A program made the translations under genes and the position numbers. Shown piece after piece: positions 1 through 10,148 of a stretch of DNA of 64,000 nt; positions within the stretch are counted from its first letter, which is position 1, and every line of letters starts with the position of its first letter. This DNA is from an uncultured SAR86 cluster bacterium. Its GTDB lineage: Bacteria > Pseudomonadota > Gammaproteobacteria > Magnimaribacterales > D2472. The stretch spans positions 590,104-654,103 of the forward strand of contig CACIJE010000001.1 in the NCBI GenBank assembly GCA_902586925.1. Reading direction: 5' to 3'. The notes below the pieces were generated by a model, which searched no databases, was not told the origin of the DNA, and saw only the letters and a list, made by a program, of their open reading frames with translations.

Positions 1-487
1 GTTGATGATACTCCTCAGCTAGAAAGTAGTTTTTTATTGGCTCAATTTCAGTTGTTATGCTATTAAAATTATTTTTAATAAGCTCTTTTTGATATATATT
101 CTTTGATTCCAGTGCAGCCTTAAGATCATTTTCGTTGTTTGTAAAAATTACAGACCTATATTGTGTTCCAATGTCGTTGCCCTGTCTCATTCCTTGGGTG
201 GGGTCATGACTCTCCCAAAAAATTGTTAAAAGGTCTCTCAGGCTTATGACTTTACAGTCATATATTATTTTTACAACTTCAGCATGATTAGTATTTTTGT
301 AACAAACATCTTCATAAGAAGGATTATCTGTATCTCCACCAGAGTAACCCACTGAGGTAAGATATACACCCGGCAGATCCCAAAATTTTCTTTCGATACC
401 CCAAAAACATCCAGCTCCAAAAACTATTTCACTTAAATGTTCAGGTACATCTCCATCAATAGAAATATCTTTTACATAATGCATCAT
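1..487 (-). CDS. msrA: peptide methionine sulfoxide reductase MsrA (partial; C-terminus lies beyond window start)
   Basis: My own minus-strand translation from ATG at 487-485 reads MMHYVKDISIDGDVPEHLSEIVFGAGCFWGIERKFWDLPGVYLTSVGYSGG... It carries the MsrA active-site GCFWG motif. The frame stays open to position 1, so it is absent from the ORF track (no stop in window). Confidence 0.85.
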   Translation of the reverse strand, partial: MMHYVKDISIDGDVPEHLSEIVFGAGCFWGIERKFWDLPGVYLTSVGYSGGDTDNPSYEDVCYKNTNHAEVVKIIYDCKVISLRDLLTIFWESHDPTQGMRQGNDIGTQYRSVIFTNNENDLKAALESKNIYQKELIKNNFNSITTEIEPIKNYFLAEEYHQ

Positions 488-489
488 GA

Positions 490-1233
490 TTAATAAACTC
501 CTTTTATACTTATTTCCCCACTTGTAATAATCTCTTCACCAATATCAGTTTCTATAACTGCATTACCTTTTTCATCAATATCCTTAAATATAGCTTTTAT
601 TTGATTTGAATTGGTATCTTCTATCGTGATTTCTTTGTTCATATGAATACAGCTGTTTTTCCATTCAGTTAACCAATTAAAGTTTAAGTTATTAGATATT
701 TTAATAAATTCAGACAAAATTAAATTTATAAGTTCATTTCTTTTTGTTTCAAGTCCACATTGTGATAGATCACCCCACCAAGATTCTTCTTTTTTTATGT
801 TGAGATTTATACCAATACCCACAATGGTTTTTATTTTTTTCTGATCGGATTCTATTTCAACTAAAATTCCTCCAATTTTCTTATTATTTAGAAGAATATC
901 ATTTGGCCATTTAAGCATTATTAGTGGTTGGCCAGACAATTTATCTATTGCATTTTTACATGCTAGTCCTGCTATCAAGCTAATTGGCATGGATGAAAGG
1001 TCATTTTCAGTGCAGATAGACATATAAATGTTGCCAGAATTAGGGCTTGACCACTTTTTGCCCTGTCTGCCTCTTCCTAACGTTTGCTTTTCAGCAATGA
1101 TTACATGGAAGTCTTTTTGAATATCAATTCTTTTAGCTTCATCATTTGTTGAATCAAGTTCACTAAAGATATGTAAATTTAGCCTTTTTGTAGGCAAATC
1201 TTTTAAAATTTCATTTTTTTTAAGCGTTTTCAA
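490..1233 (-). CDS. birA: biotin--[acetyl-CoA-carboxylase] ligase, ligase-only form without N-terminal HTH
   Basis: 247 aa. GRGRQGKKW matches the biotin-protein-ligase GRGRxGRxW loop. It is too short to hold the repressor HTH domain of E. coli BirA. Confidence 0.9.
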   Translation of the reverse strand: MKTLKKNEILKDLPTKRLNLHIFSELDSTNDEAKRIDIQKDFHVIIAEKQTLGRGRQGKKWSSPNSGNIYMSICTENDLSSMPISLIAGLACKNAIDKLSGQPLIMLKWPNDILLNNKKIGGILVEIESDQKKIKTIVGIGINLNIKKEESWWGDLSQCGLETKRNELINLILSEFIKISNNLNFNWLTEWKNSCIHMNKEITIEDTNSNQIKAIFKDIDEKGNAVIETDIGEEIITSGEISIKGVY

Positions 1234-1246
1234 GATAAGAAATTAG

Positions 1247-1275
1247 TTGACTTAATATCATTCTAGAACAAAAAT
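1247..1275 (+). promoter_or_regulatory. possible sigma70-type promoter for tRNA-Tyr
   Basis: TTGACT (1247-1252), 17 nt spacer, AAAAAT (1270-1275), 14 nt upstream of the tRNA. The -10 is weak and this is a sequence-only call. Confidence 0.3.
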
Positions 1276-1289
1276 AGCTACCTTTAAAT

Positions 1290-1373
1290 GGAGAGGTGGG
1301 TGAGTGGTTAATACCAGCAGACTGTAAATCTGCCGCTTCGGCTACGTAGGTTCGAATCCTACCCTCTCCACCA
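1290..1373 (+). tRNA. tRNA-Tyr (anticodon GTA)
   Basis: 84 nt with a long variable arm. Acceptor GGAGAGG/CCTCTCC, anticodon GTA at 1324-1326, T-arm GTAGG-TTCGAAT-CCTAC, discriminator A, encoded CCA. Confidence 0.95.
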
Positions 1374-1418
1374 CTTTTTGTTTCATAATTTTATGTAACA
1401 AAAAATAACTTAAAAAGG

Positions 1419-1455
1419 TTGAGTTTATAACATTTTAGAGTGATAATACGCCACC
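1419..1455 (+). promoter_or_regulatory. sigma70-type promoter with GC-rich discriminator, upstream of tRNA-Thr-tuf
   Basis: TTGAGT (1419-1424), 17 nt spacer, GATAAT (1442-1447), then ACGCCACC (1448-1455). It lies 24 nt upstream of tRNA-Thr. Confidence 0.45.
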
Positions 1456-1478
1456 AAAAATGGGATGCTTGTGAACGG

Positions 1479-1553
1479 GCTCATATAGCTCAGCGGTAGA
1501 GCACTTGCTTGGTAAGTAAGAGGTCACCGGTTCAAGTCCGGTTATGAGCTCCA
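1479..1553 (+). tRNA. tRNA-Thr (anticodon GGT)
   Basis: Acceptor GCTCATA/TATGAGC, D-arm GCTC..GAGC, anticodon loop TTGGTAA with GGT at 1511-1513, T-arm ACCGG-TTCAAGT-CCGGT, encoded CCA. Confidence 0.95.
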
Positions 1554-1580
1554 ATTTATAAATTTAGAGAGGCAAAAAAA

Positions 1581-2771
1581 ATGGCTAGAGAAAAATTCGA
1601 AAGAACCCTACCACACGTTAATGTTGGTACTGTTGGTCACGTTGACCATGGTAAAACAACCCTTACTGCTGCTTTAACAAAGGTTGCTGCAGAAGTTTTT
1701 GGTGGTGATGCAGTTGATTTTGCAAACATTGATAATGCTCCAGAGGAAAGAGAAAGAGGAATTACGATTGCTACTTCTCATGTTGAGTATGTTTCAACAG
1801 CTAGACACTATGCACACGTTGATTGTCCAGGTCACGCTGACTATGTGAAGAATATGATTACAGGTGCTGCTCAGATGGATGGAGCAATTCTTGTTGTTAG
1901 TGCAGCAGATGGACCTATGCCACAAACAAGAGAACACATATTGCTTGCTAGGCAGGTTGGTGTTCCATATATAGTCGTTTATATGAATAAAGCGGATCAA
2001 AATGATGATCCTGAAATGATTGAGTTAGTTGAAATGGAAATCAGAGAATTACTTAACGAGTATGATTTCCCAGGTGACGATACCCCAATTATTGTTGGTA
2101 GTGCTTTGAAAGCTCTTGAAGGAGATACATCGGATATTGGTGTTCCTTCCGTGCAAAAACTAATAGAAACCCTTGATACCTACGTTCCTGAACCTGAGAG
2201 ACCAGTAGATGGTAATTTTTTAATGCCTATCGAAGATGTATTTACAATTTCTGGAAGAGGAACTGTTGTGACTGGAAGAATTGAAACAGGTATTGTTAAC
2301 ACAGGCGATCCTCTAGAAATTGTTGGAATTAAAGAGACTACGGACACAACATGTACTGGTGTTGAAATGTTTAGAAAGTCACTTGATGAAGGTAGAGCAG
2401 GTGAAAACTGCGGTATTCTTCTTAGAGGTGTTGAAAGGGATGCAGTTGAAAGGGGACAGGTACTTGCTAAGCCAAAATCAATATCACCTCATACTAAATT
2501 TGAAGCTGAAATATACGTACTTAGTAAAGATGAAGGTGGAAGACATACACCGTTCATGAACAACTATAGACCACAGTTTTATTTCAGAACAACAGATGTT
2601 ACTGGCGCGTGTGAATTACCTGAAGGTACCGAAATGGTTATGCCTGGCGATAATATCAAGATGGTTGTTTCATTAATCGCTCCAATTGCTATGGATGAAG
2701 GTTTAAAATTCGCTATTAGAGAGGGTGGAAGAACTGTTGGTGCTGGCGTAGTATCAAAAATTGTAGAGTAA
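1581..2771 (+). CDS. tuf: translation elongation factor Tu
   Basis: 396 aa. [28 protein letters not shown]..., DCPGHADY and NKAD GTPase motifs. Near-colinear with E. coli EF-Tu. Confidence 0.99.
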   Translation: MAREKFERTLPHVNVGTVGHVDHGKTTLTAALTKVAAEVFGGDAVDFANIDNAPEERERGITIATSHVEYVSTARHYAHVDCPGHADYVKNMITGAAQMDGAILVVSAADGPMPQTREHILLARQVGVPYIVVYMNKADQNDDPEMIELVEMEIRELLNEYDFPGDDTPIIVGSALKALEGDTSDIGVPSVQKLIETLDTYVPEPERPVDGNFLMPIEDVFTISGRGTVVTGRIETGIVNTGDPLEIVGIKETTDTTCTGVEMFRKSLDEGRAGENCGILLRGVERDAVERGQVLAKPKSISPHTKFEAEIYVLSKDEGGRHTPFMNNYRPQFYFRTTDVTGACELPEGTEMVMPGDNIKMVVSLIAPIAMDEGLKFAIREGGRTVGAGVVSKIVE

Positions 2772-2784
2772 ATTGAGACCATTT

Positions 2785-2820
2785 AGCCGAGGTAGGTTAC
2801 CTCGGCTCATTTGTCTTTGA
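2785..2820 (+). terminator. stem-loop after tuf (intrinsic terminator or attenuator/processing hairpin)
   Basis: Perfect 10-bp stem AGCCGAGGTA (2785-2794) / TACCTCGGCT (2798-2807) with a 3-nt loop, followed by the interrupted T-tract CATTTGTCTTT. It is the only GC-rich hairpin I found in any intergenic spacer. Confidence 0.55.
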
Positions 2821-2835
2821 ATATATGGAAAATAT

Positions 2836-2911
2836 AGGCCAGTGGCTCAATTGGTAGAGCATCGGTCTCCAAAACCGGAGGTTGGGGGTTCGAGTCCCTC
2901 CTGGCCTGCCA
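2836..2911 (+). tRNA. tRNA-Trp (anticodon CCA)
   Basis: 76 nt. Acceptor AGGCCAG/CTGGCCT, anticodon loop CTCCAAA with CCA at 2869-2871, T-arm GGGGG-TTCGAGT-CCCTC, encoded CCA. Confidence 0.95.
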
Positions 2912-2940
2912 TGAGGAACGAACTGGTAGAGAGTTAAAAT

Positions 2941-3306
2941 ATGAATAAAGAAGTATCTAATTCTAAAACTCTTGATAACCTGAAATGGTTACTTGCTTTA
3001 TTAGTTTTTTCTGCAGCGGTTATAGGTAATAGCTATTTTGTTGAGGTAGCATTTTTATACAGGGTTTTGGGAGTTTTATTTCTATTTCTAATAGGACTTG
3101 GAATAATTGCAATCACAAATTTTGGCGTTAATGCGATTAAGCTTATGAGAGAATCTAGAATGGAAATTAGAAAAGTAGTTTGGCCAACTAGAATGGAAAC
3201 TACGCAAACTTTTATGATTGTTTTTGCAGCAATTATTATTCTATGTTTATTTTTTTGGGGACTTGAATCGCTTTTAAGTTTTCTAACTGGCTTAGCTCTG
3301 GGTTGA
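2941..3306 (+). CDS. secE: preprotein translocase subunit SecE
   Basis: 121 aa with three hydrophobic segments. Conserved position between tRNA-Trp and nusG. Confidence 0.85.
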   Translation: MNKEVSNSKTLDNLKWLLALLVFSAAVIGNSYFVEVAFLYRVLGVLFLFLIGLGIIAITNFGVNAIKLMRESRMEIRKVVWPTRMETTQTFMIVFAAIIILCLFFWGLESLLSFLTGLALG

Positions 3307-3309
3307 TTA

Positions 3310-3837
3310 ATGGATTGGTATGTAATACAAGCTTATTCTGGCTATGAACAAAAAGTTAAAGCAGCTTTGGAAGAAAGAATAGTTTTAAATGATCTTTCAG
3401 AAAAATTTGGTGAAATCTTGATACCAACTGAGCAAATTGTTGAATTAAAAGGTGGAGCAAAAAAAACAACAGAAAGAAAGTTTTTTCCAGGTTACATTTT
3501 AGTCCAAATGAATCTAGAAGATGATTCATGGCAGCTAGTTCAATCCACACCGCGTGTTTCCGGTTTTGTTGGAGGAACAAGAGAAAAACCCCTTCCAATA
3601 TCAGATGAAGACGTAAGTAACATTATTAATAGAATTGAGGTTGGTGAAGATGCGCCTGCACCCAAAACTATTTACGAACCAGGTGAGGTTATTAGAGTTT
3701 GTGATGGTCCTTTTAACGATTTTAACGGGGTTGTTGAAAATGTGGATTATGAAAGAAATATGGTTAAAGTTTCTGTTCAGATTTTAGGAAGAGCAACGCC
3801 TGTAGAGTTAGATTTCATGCAAATTGAGAAAACATAA
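3310..3837 (+). CDS. nusG: transcription termination/antitermination factor NusG
   Basis: 175 aa. The N-terminus [11 protein letters not shown] is typical of the NGN domain, with a KOW-like C-terminus. Sits in the secE-nusG-rplK synteny. Confidence 0.95.
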   Translation: MDWYVIQAYSGYEQKVKAALEERIVLNDLSEKFGEILIPTEQIVELKGGAKKTTERKFFPGYILVQMNLEDDSWQLVQSTPRVSGFVGGTREKPLPISDEDVSNIINRIEVGEDAPAPKTIYEPGEVIRVCDGPFNDFNGVVENVDYERNMVKVSVQILGRATPVELDFMQIEKT

Positions 3838-4265
3838 TGGCAAAAAAAATAGTTAATGTTTTAAAATTACAAATACCAGCAGGAGGAGCAAACCCGAGTC
3901 CACCTGTAGGCCCTGCGTTAGGTCAGGTAGGATTAAATATTATGGATTTTTGTAATGCATTTAACGCAGCTACACAAGAATCTGAAAAGGGTATGCCTCT
4001 GCCGGTTGTTATAAATGTTTATGAGGACAAGTCTTTCGATTTTGTTGTTAAAACTCCTCCAGCAGCCGTTCTCATAAGGAAAGCTTTGAATATAACAAAA
4101 GGTAGTGGTGAACCAAATCGAGAAAAAGTTGGCAAGTTAACAAGGTCTCAATTAGAAGATATAGCAAAAGCAAAAGAGCCTGATTTAAATTCAAATGATA
4201 TTGATGCAGCAGTAAAAATTATTGCAGGAACTGCCCGAAGCATGGGAGTTGAAACAGATATATGA
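3837..4265 (+). CDS. rplK: 50S ribosomal protein L11
   Basis: 142 aa. [17 protein letters not shown] motif. Its ATG overlaps the nusG stop (TAATG). Confidence 0.97.
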   Translation: MAKKIVNVLKLQIPAGGANPSPPVGPALGQVGLNIMDFCNAFNAATQESEKGMPLPVVINVYEDKSFDFVVKTPPAAVLIRKALNITKGSGEPNREKVGKLTRSQLEDIAKAKEPDLNSNDIDAAVKIIAGTARSMGVETDI

Positions 4266-4954
4266 GCAAAATTACTAATAAACAAAAAATAATCTTAGAG
4301 AAACTTGATACAGAAAAGACCTATTCAATTGATGAGGCAATGAAAATTATTCAATCGGTTAAATCTGAAAAGTTTGATGAGTCAGTGGATATATCTGTAA
4401 AACTCGGAGTCGACTCCAATAAATCTGACCAAAATGTTAGAGGAGCAGTTTCATTGCCAAACAGCCTTGGTAAAGAAGTCAAAGTTGCAGTTTTTGCAGA
4501 TGGCGATCATGCAAAAAGCGCAGAAGAAGCTGGTGCTGATTTTGTTGGAATGGAGGATCTTTCTGAAAAGTTTCAAAAAGAAGAAATAGTTGTTGATGTG
4601 GTCATATCTACGAATGCAGCAATGAAGGTTGTTGGTAAACTAGGCCAAACTTTAGGACCAAAAGGTCTAATGCCTAATCCAAAAACTGGAACTGTTTCAG
4701 ATGATGTAACTTCCGCAATAAAAAATGTTAAGGCAGGTCAAGTAAGATTTAGAACAGACAAAAATGGAATTATTCATGGAAGTATTGGAAAAGTTTCGTT
4801 TGACGACGATAAAATAAAAGAAAATGCTTCTGCTTTGATAGAGGAATTAAAAAAATTAAAACCAGCATCTGCTAAAGGTGTCTACATAGGCAATATTGCC
4901 CTCAGTAGCACTATGGGGCCAGGGATAAAAATTAATCCAGGTGAGTTGGTATAA
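4262..4954 (+). CDS. rplA: 50S ribosomal protein L1
   Basis: 230 aa with L1-like sequence. 4-nt ATGA overlap with rplK. Confidence 0.97.
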   Translation: MSKITNKQKIILEKLDTEKTYSIDEAMKIIQSVKSEKFDESVDISVKLGVDSNKSDQNVRGAVSLPNSLGKEVKVAVFADGDHAKSAEEAGADFVGMEDLSEKFQKEEIVVDVVISTNAAMKVVGKLGQTLGPKGLMPNPKTGTVSDDVTSAIKNVKAGQVRFRTDKNGIIHGSIGKVSFDDDKIKENASALIEELKKLKPASAKGVYIGNIALSSTMGPGIKINPGELV

Positions 4955-5115
4955 GTTTTAGTTCTACAGAAATGTAGAGCTAGATAGTTGCGTATTACGC
5001 AGCCGTCGAAGACCGTAGGTGTCGAAAGACTTAATTTCCTACGTAGGTGGTGTTCAAATTGTAATTTTTGCAATTTGTCGCCAAATTGCCGAAAGGCTTA
5101 AATTGGAGAACTGCT
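4955..5115 (+). promoter_or_regulatory. structured rplJ 5' leader (candidate L10-L12 autoregulatory element)
   Basis: At 161 nt this is the longest spacer in the window and is locally GC-richer. It has an 8-bp stem with a GAAA loop (4961-4980) and the palindrome CCTACGTAGG (5038-5047). Mutually exclusive hairpins can form around 5055-5089, and the SD GGAG sits at 5105-5108. In E. coli the rplJ leader is the L10(L12)4 operator. Confidence 0.5.
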
Positions 5116-5646
5116 ATGGCATTATCTAAGAATGAAAAAGAAAAGATAGTTCAGAACGTTAAAGAAGTTGCATCTAATGCATCATCATTAGTTATTTCTG
5201 ATGCAAGAGGTTTGAAAGTTTCTGAGTTATCAGAAATTAGAACTAAAGCGAATGAATCTGGCATTCATATTCAGGTAATAAAAAACTCATTGGCTAAATT
5301 AGCCTTTGTGGGTACTGATTTTGGATGTTCAGACGAAGTACTTTTTGGACCTTCTTTGTTTGCTTTTTCTTTCGAAGAACCAGGCGCAGCAGCAAAATTG
5401 CTCAAAACATATGCTAAAAATTTTGATGAACTTGAAATAAAAGCTTTAGTGGTTGAAGGGCAATTATTAGATGGAAGTCAAATTGATATTTTGGCAAAAC
5501 TACCATCTAAAGATGAAGCTTATGGTCTCATTGCTAATGTACTTCAAGCTCCTGTTGGTAAATTTGCAACTTTATTAAATGAAGTTCCAAGTAAGCTAGC
5601 TAGAGTTTTGTCTGCAGTTCGTGACAACAAAGAGGCGACAGCCTAA
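5116..5646 (+). CDS. rplJ: 50S ribosomal protein L10
   Basis: The ORF track starts at TTG 5068. I place the start at ATG 5116 ([10 protein letters not shown]...) because GGAG lies 8-11 nt upstream and the resulting 176 aa fits L10. Confidence 0.93.
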   Translation: MALSKNEKEKIVQNVKEVASNASSLVISDARGLKVSELSEIRTKANESGIHIQVIKNSLAKLAFVGTDFGCSDEVLFGPSLFAFSFEEPGAAAKLLKTYAKNFDELEIKALVVEGQLLDGSQIDILAKLPSKDEAYGLIANVLQAPVGKFATLLNEVPSKLARVLSAVRDNKEATA

Positions 5647-5663
5647 ATTATAAGGAGAATAAA

Positions 5664-6047
5664 ATGGCAACTAGTAAAGATGATATTTTAAAAGCAATTG
5701 AGGAAATGTCTGTAATGGATTTAGTTGATTTAATTTCAGCTATTGAAGAGAAATTTGGAGTGACAGCTGCAGCTGCAGTTGCAGCAGCACCAGCAGCTTC
5801 TGGTGGTGATGGAGATGCTCCAGCTGCAGAAGAAAAAGATGCATTTGACGTTGTGTTATCAGCCGCAGGCGATCAAAAAGTCCAAGTTATTAAAGCTGTT
5901 AGAGCTATAACTGGACTGGGATTAAAAGAGGCAAAAGATATGGTCGACGGCGCACCTAGCACACTCAAAGAGGCTGTTAAAAAAGAAGAAGCTGAAGAGA
6001 TGCTAGCAAAGCTTACGGAAGCCGGTGCTACAGGAGAACTCAAGTAA
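5664..6047 (+). CDS. rplL: 50S ribosomal protein L7/L12
   Basis: 127 aa with an Ala-rich hinge. The C-terminal domain [27 protein letters not shown] is typical of L7/L12. Confidence 0.98.
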   Translation: MATSKDDILKAIEEMSVMDLVDLISAIEEKFGVTAAAAVAAAPAASGGDGDAPAAEEKDAFDVVLSAAGDQKVQVIKAVRAITGLGLKEAKDMVDGAPSTLKEAVKKEEAEEMLAKLTEAGATGELK

Positions 6048-6077
6048 ATAATTATATTTAATTAGAAGGACGCATTT

Positions 6078-9000
6078 ATGTCATACAGTTATACAGAAAA
6101 GAAAAGAATAAGAAAAAACTTTGGTACTTTCTCAAAGGTAATGGATCTTCCAAACCTTGTTGAAACTCAAACAAATTCTTATGCTGAATTTCTTCAAGCT
6201 GATGTGGCGCCTGAAGCAAGAGAAAAAAAAGGTCTTGAAGAGGTTTTTAAATCTTTATTTCCGATCAAAAGTGTTTCAGGAAATGCAGCCTTAGAATATG
6301 TCTCATATGAACTTGGAAAAAATACATACGATGTTCAAGAATGTTTAATTCAAGGATTAACATACTCTGCTCCACTTAGAATTAAAGTCAAATTAGTTCT
6401 TTATGATAGAGACTCAAATTTTCAAGAAGTAAAAGACATTAAAGAAGGAGAAGTATTCATGGGAGAAGTGCCATTGATGACAGATGACGCATCTTTCATC
6501 ATTAATGGAACTGAAAGAGTTGTTGTCTCCCAGCTGCATAGATCTCCTGGAGTATTTTATGATCATGATAAAGGAAAAACGCACTCATCTGGAAAGGTTT
6601 TGTATTCTGCAAGAATTATTCCCTACAGAGGTTCATGGTTAGATTTTGAATTTGATCCAAAAGACATTTTATTCAGCAGAATAGATAGAAGAAGAAAAAT
6701 TCCTGCAACAATTATGCTAAGGGCTCTTGATATGGGGACTGAGGAAATACTATCTGAATTTTACGAAGAAGATATTTTCAAGTTAGATAAAGATAACGTT
6801 AAAACAGCTCTAATACCTGAAAGATTTCGTGGAGAGACTTTATCAGTTGACATAAAAGTAAAAACTAAGGTGTATGTTGAAGCCGGAAAAAGAATAACTG
6901 CAAGGCACATAAAAGAGCTTACAAGTTCAAAAGCTTCAGAGATATCAATGGCTGAAGAATTTTTATATGGAAAAGTTTTATCTAAAGACATCTTTAACAA
7001 AGAGACAGGTGAAGTTTTATTTGCTGCTAATACTGAAATAGATGAGACCATTTTGTCTGAGATTAAAGCAAATGAAATAAAAGAGATAGGTTGTCTCTAT
7101 ATTAATGAATTAGACAAAGGCCCATATATCTCAAATACATTAAGAGTAGATACAACATCTAATAAGTTAGAGGCCCTAGTTGAGATTTATAGAATGATGA
7201 GACCAGGTGAACCACCAACTAAAGACTCTGCTGAGACTTTGTTTAATAACTTATTTTTTAATGAGGAAAGGTATGATTTATCCGAAGTTGGAAGGATGAA
7301 ATTTAATAGAAGGCTAAAACTCAATAATAAAAAAGAAAATCCTCATGTTTTAGACAAAAAAGACATTATAGAAGTAATGAAAGGAATCGTAAATATTCGT
7401 GACGGACATGATATTGTTGATGATATTGATCATCTGGGTAACAGAAGAGTTAGATCTGTTGGTGAAATGACTGCTAATCAATTCAGGGTAGGGCTTATAA
7501 GAGTCGAAAGAGCTGTACGAGAGAGATTAAGCATGGCAGAGGCAGATGAATTAGGACCACAAGATTTAATCAATGCTAAGCCAGTGACTGCAGCCATTAA
7601 AGAGTTTTTTGGATCAAGTCAGCTCTCGCAATTTATGGATCAGAATAATCCTTTATCTGAAATTACTCATAAAAGAAGAGTTTCTGCGTTGGGACCCGGA
7701 GGCCTTACTCGAGAAAGAGCAGGTTTCGAAGTCAGGGATGTTCATCCAACTCATTATGGAAGAGTTTGTCCAATCGAGACACCTGAAGGACCTAATATTG
7801 GTTTAATTAATTCTTTTGCTTCGTACTCAAGAACAAATCAATATGGCTTCATAGAGACACCATATAGAAAAGTAACTAACGGAAAAGTTACTAATGAAAT
7901 TATATATCTGTCTGCAATTGATGAAGCTGAACATGTTATTGCACAAGCAAATGTGTTACTTGATAAAAATAATAAGTTTGTCGATGATCTAGTTGCCGTC
8001 AGGCATGCAAATGAATTTGAATTAATGTCGCCTGACAGAATTGATTTAATGGATGTTTCACCACAACAAGTTGTTTCAATAGCAGCATCTTTGATACCTT
8101 TTCTTGAGCACGATGATGCAAACAGAGCATTAATGGGATCAAATATGCAGCGTCAAGCAGTACCAGTTTTAAGAGCAGAGAAACCCCTTGTTGGAACTGG
8201 TCTTGAAACTGTAGTAGCTAGAGATTCTGGTGTTTGTATTGTTGCTAAAAATTCTGGGGTTGTAGAGAGTGTTGATGCCTCAAGAATCGTTGTTCGGGTT
8301 ACTGATAAAAAATCAAAGACAGCTTCTGATGTTTATAATTTAATTAAATACACTAGATCTAATCAGAATACATGTATTAATCAGCGACCAATCGTTAAAG
8401 AGGGAGATATTGTCAAAAAAAGTGATGTCCTAGCAGATGGACCTTCAATTGATAATGGAGAGTTAGCGTTAGGGCAAAATATTAGAATTGCATTCATGCC
8501 ATGGAATGGTTATAACTTTGAAGATTCTATCTTGATTTCTGAAAAAGTAGCAAGAGAGGACAGATTTACATCAATTCATATACAAGAAATAGTCTGCATT
8601 GCAAGAGATACAAAACTTGGTTCTGAAGAGATTACATCAGACATCCCCAATGTTGGTGAAGGCTCATTAAATAAACTTGATGAATGTGGAATAGTTTACG
8701 TAGGTGCTGAAGTTGACCCCGGAGATATATTGGTTGGAAAAATTACACCAAAGGGTGAAACTCAACTTTCTCCTGAAGAAAAACTTTTAAGGGCGATATT
8801 TGGAGAAAAAGCATCTGATGTTAAAGACACATCACAAAGATCAAGTTCAAAGGGAACTGTAATTGGAGTTGAGGTATTTACTAGGGATGGTGTTGATAAG
8901 GATGAAAGAACTCAAGCTATTGAACAAGATCACCTTGATAAATCAAAAAAAGATGCAGATGAGGAAGCTGGTGTAGTTGAGCAAGCTACAAAAACTAGAT

Positions 9001-10139
9001 TATGCGAATTGTTAAAATCTAAAAAAGCTGTAAAAGGTAATGGTGTAAAAAAAGGAGAAATTCTTGAAATAGAAAAATTAGAATCCTTTAAATTAAATGA
9101 TATTTTCTCTCTTAGAACTGATAAAGATACAATTAATAACGTAATTGAAGAAACTGAAGTTTCATACAAGCAGTATATAAAAGATATTAAATCAAGATAT
9201 GAGGAAAAAGTTGCCAAGATCGTTAGAGGGCATGACCTTGCTCCTGGAGTAATCAAAATTGTAAAAGTATTCTTAGCTATAAAAAGAAGAATACAACCCG
9301 GTGACAAAATGGCTGGTAGGCATGGAAATAAAGGAGTCATCTCTGAAATAATGCCTGTTGAGGATATGCCATATGATGAAAATGGTAATCCAGTAGATAT
9401 CGTACTTAATCCCCTCGGAGTCCCTTCGAGGATGAATGTTGGTCAGATTCTTGAAACTCATATGGGTTCTGCTGCAAAAGGTATTGGCTTAAAGATTGAT
9501 GAGATGATTAATGATAATGCAAAGCCAGCTGAGTTAAAGGAGTACCTGGATAAACTTTATAATAAAAATGCTTCAAACAAAGAAGACATAAATTCTCTAA
9601 ACAATTCTGAAATTATAGAACTTGCTGAAAATTTAAGAGGTGGACTCCCAATAGCTACACCTGTATTTGATGGCGCAAAGGAGAGTGAGATTAAAGATTT
9701 ACTTAAGCTTGCAGACATTCCAGAGTCTGGTCAAATTACATTATATGATGGAAGAACTGGATCAAAATTTGATAGACCTGTTACAGTCGGATATATGTAT
9801 ATGATTAAATTAAATCATCTTGTTGATGACAAAATGCATGCAAGATCTACTGGTTCATATAGTCTTGTAACACAACAGCCACTTGGTGGTAAGGCTCAAT
9901 TTGGCGGCCAAAGATTTGGTGAAATGGAAGTATGGGCCTTAGAAGCTTATGGTGCTTCATATACACTACAAGAAATGTTAACCGTTAAGTCTGATGATGT
10001 ATCAGGCAGAACGAAAATGTATAAAAACATTGTTGATGGAAGTTATGAAATGGATGCAAATGTCCCGGAGTCATTTAATGTCTTGAGCAAAGAAATTAAA
10101 TCCCTTGGAATTAATATCGAATTAGATTTAGAAAACTAG
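6078..10139 (+). CDS. rpoB: DNA-directed RNA polymerase subunit beta
   Basis: 1353 aa. [16 protein letters not shown]... and conserved blocks such as [18 protein letters not shown]. Length is like E. coli RpoB. Confidence 0.99.
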   Translation: MSYSYTEKKRIRKNFGTFSKVMDLPNLVETQTNSYAEFLQADVAPEAREKKGLEEVFKSLFPIKSVSGNAALEYVSYELGKNTYDVQECLIQGLTYSAPLRIKVKLVLYDRDSNFQEVKDIKEGEVFMGEVPLMTDDASFIINGTERVVVSQLHRSPGVFYDHDKGKTHSSGKVLYSARIIPYRGSWLDFEFDPKDILFSRIDRRRKIPATIMLRALDMGTEEILSEFYEEDIFKLDKDNVKTALIPERFRGETLSVDIKVKTKVYVEAGKRITARHIKELTSSKASEISMAEEFLYGKVLSKDIFNKETGEVLFAANTEIDETILSEIKANEIKEIGCLYINELDKGPYISNTLRVDTTSNKLEALVEIYRMMRPGEPPTKDSAETLFNNLFFNEERYDLSEVGRMKFNRRLKLNNKKENPHVLDKKDIIEVMKGIVNIRDGHDIVDDIDHLGNRRVRSVGEMTANQFRVGLIRVERAVRERLSMAEADELGPQDLINAKPVTAAIKEFFGSSQLSQFMDQNNPLSEITHKRRVSALGPGGLTRERAGFEVRDVHPTHYGRVCPIETPEGPNIGLINSFASYSRTNQYGFIETPYRKVTNGKVTNEIIYLSAIDEAEHVIAQANVLLDKNNKFVDDLVAVRHANEFELMSPDRIDLMDVSPQQVVSIAASLIPFLEHDDANRALMGSNMQRQAVPVLRAEKPLVGTGLETVVARDSGVCIVAKNSGVVESVDASRIVVRVTDKKSKTASDVYNLIKYTRSNQNTCINQRPIVKEGDIVKKSDVLADGPSIDNGELALGQNIRIAFMPWNGYNFEDSILISEKVAREDRFTSIHIQEIVCIARDTKLGSEEITSDIPNVGEGSLNKLDECGIVYVGAEVDPGDILVGKITPKGETQLSPEEKLLRAIFGEKASDVKDTSQRSSSKGTVIGVEVFTRDGVDKDERTQAIEQDHLDKSKKDADEEAGVVEQATKTRLCELLKSKKAVKGNGVKKGEILEIEKLESFKLNDIFSLRTDKDTINNVIEETEVSYKQYIKDIKSRYEEKVAKIVRGHDLAPGVIKIVKVFLAIKRRIQPGDKMAGRHGNKGVISEIMPVEDMPYDENGNPVDIVLNPLGVPSRMNVGQILETHMGSAAKGIGLKIDEMINDNAKPAELKEYLDKLYNKNASNKEDINSLNNSEIIELAENLRGGLPIATPVFDGAKESEIKDLLKLADIPESGQITLYDGRTGSKFDRPVTVGYMYMIKLNHLVDDKMHARSTGSYSLVTQQPLGGKAQFGGQRFGEMEVWALEAYGASYTLQEMLTVKSDDVSGRTKMYKNIVDGSYEMDANVPESFNVLSKEIKSLGINIELDLEN

Positions 10140-10148
10140 GAGAAAAAA

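Noticed and set aside
1375-1404. AT-rich inverted repeat after tRNA-Tyr (TTTTTGTTTCATAA / TTATGTAACAAAAA, 13 of 14 positions complementary).
   Set aside because: The stem is almost pure A/T, the loop is minimal and no U-tract follows on either strand. It is too weak to call a terminator and could arise by chance in AT-rich DNA.
5068-5115. N-terminally extended ORF-track models: rplJ 5068, rplO 25893, rpoA 29194, rplQ 30186, ratA 41316, cdsA 50799, bamA 53934.
   Set aside because: The extensions overlap upstream genes or leaders and lack homology to orthologue N-termini. Internal starts align with E. coli proteins and/or have SD sequences, so I used the shorter models.
5764-5800. GCWGCA-type short tandem repetition (gctgcagctgcagttgcagcagcaccagcagct) that looks like a microsatellite.
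   Set aside because: It encodes the Ala-rich flexible hinge of L7/L12 ([12 protein letters not shown]), a normal feature of the protein rather than a repeat element.
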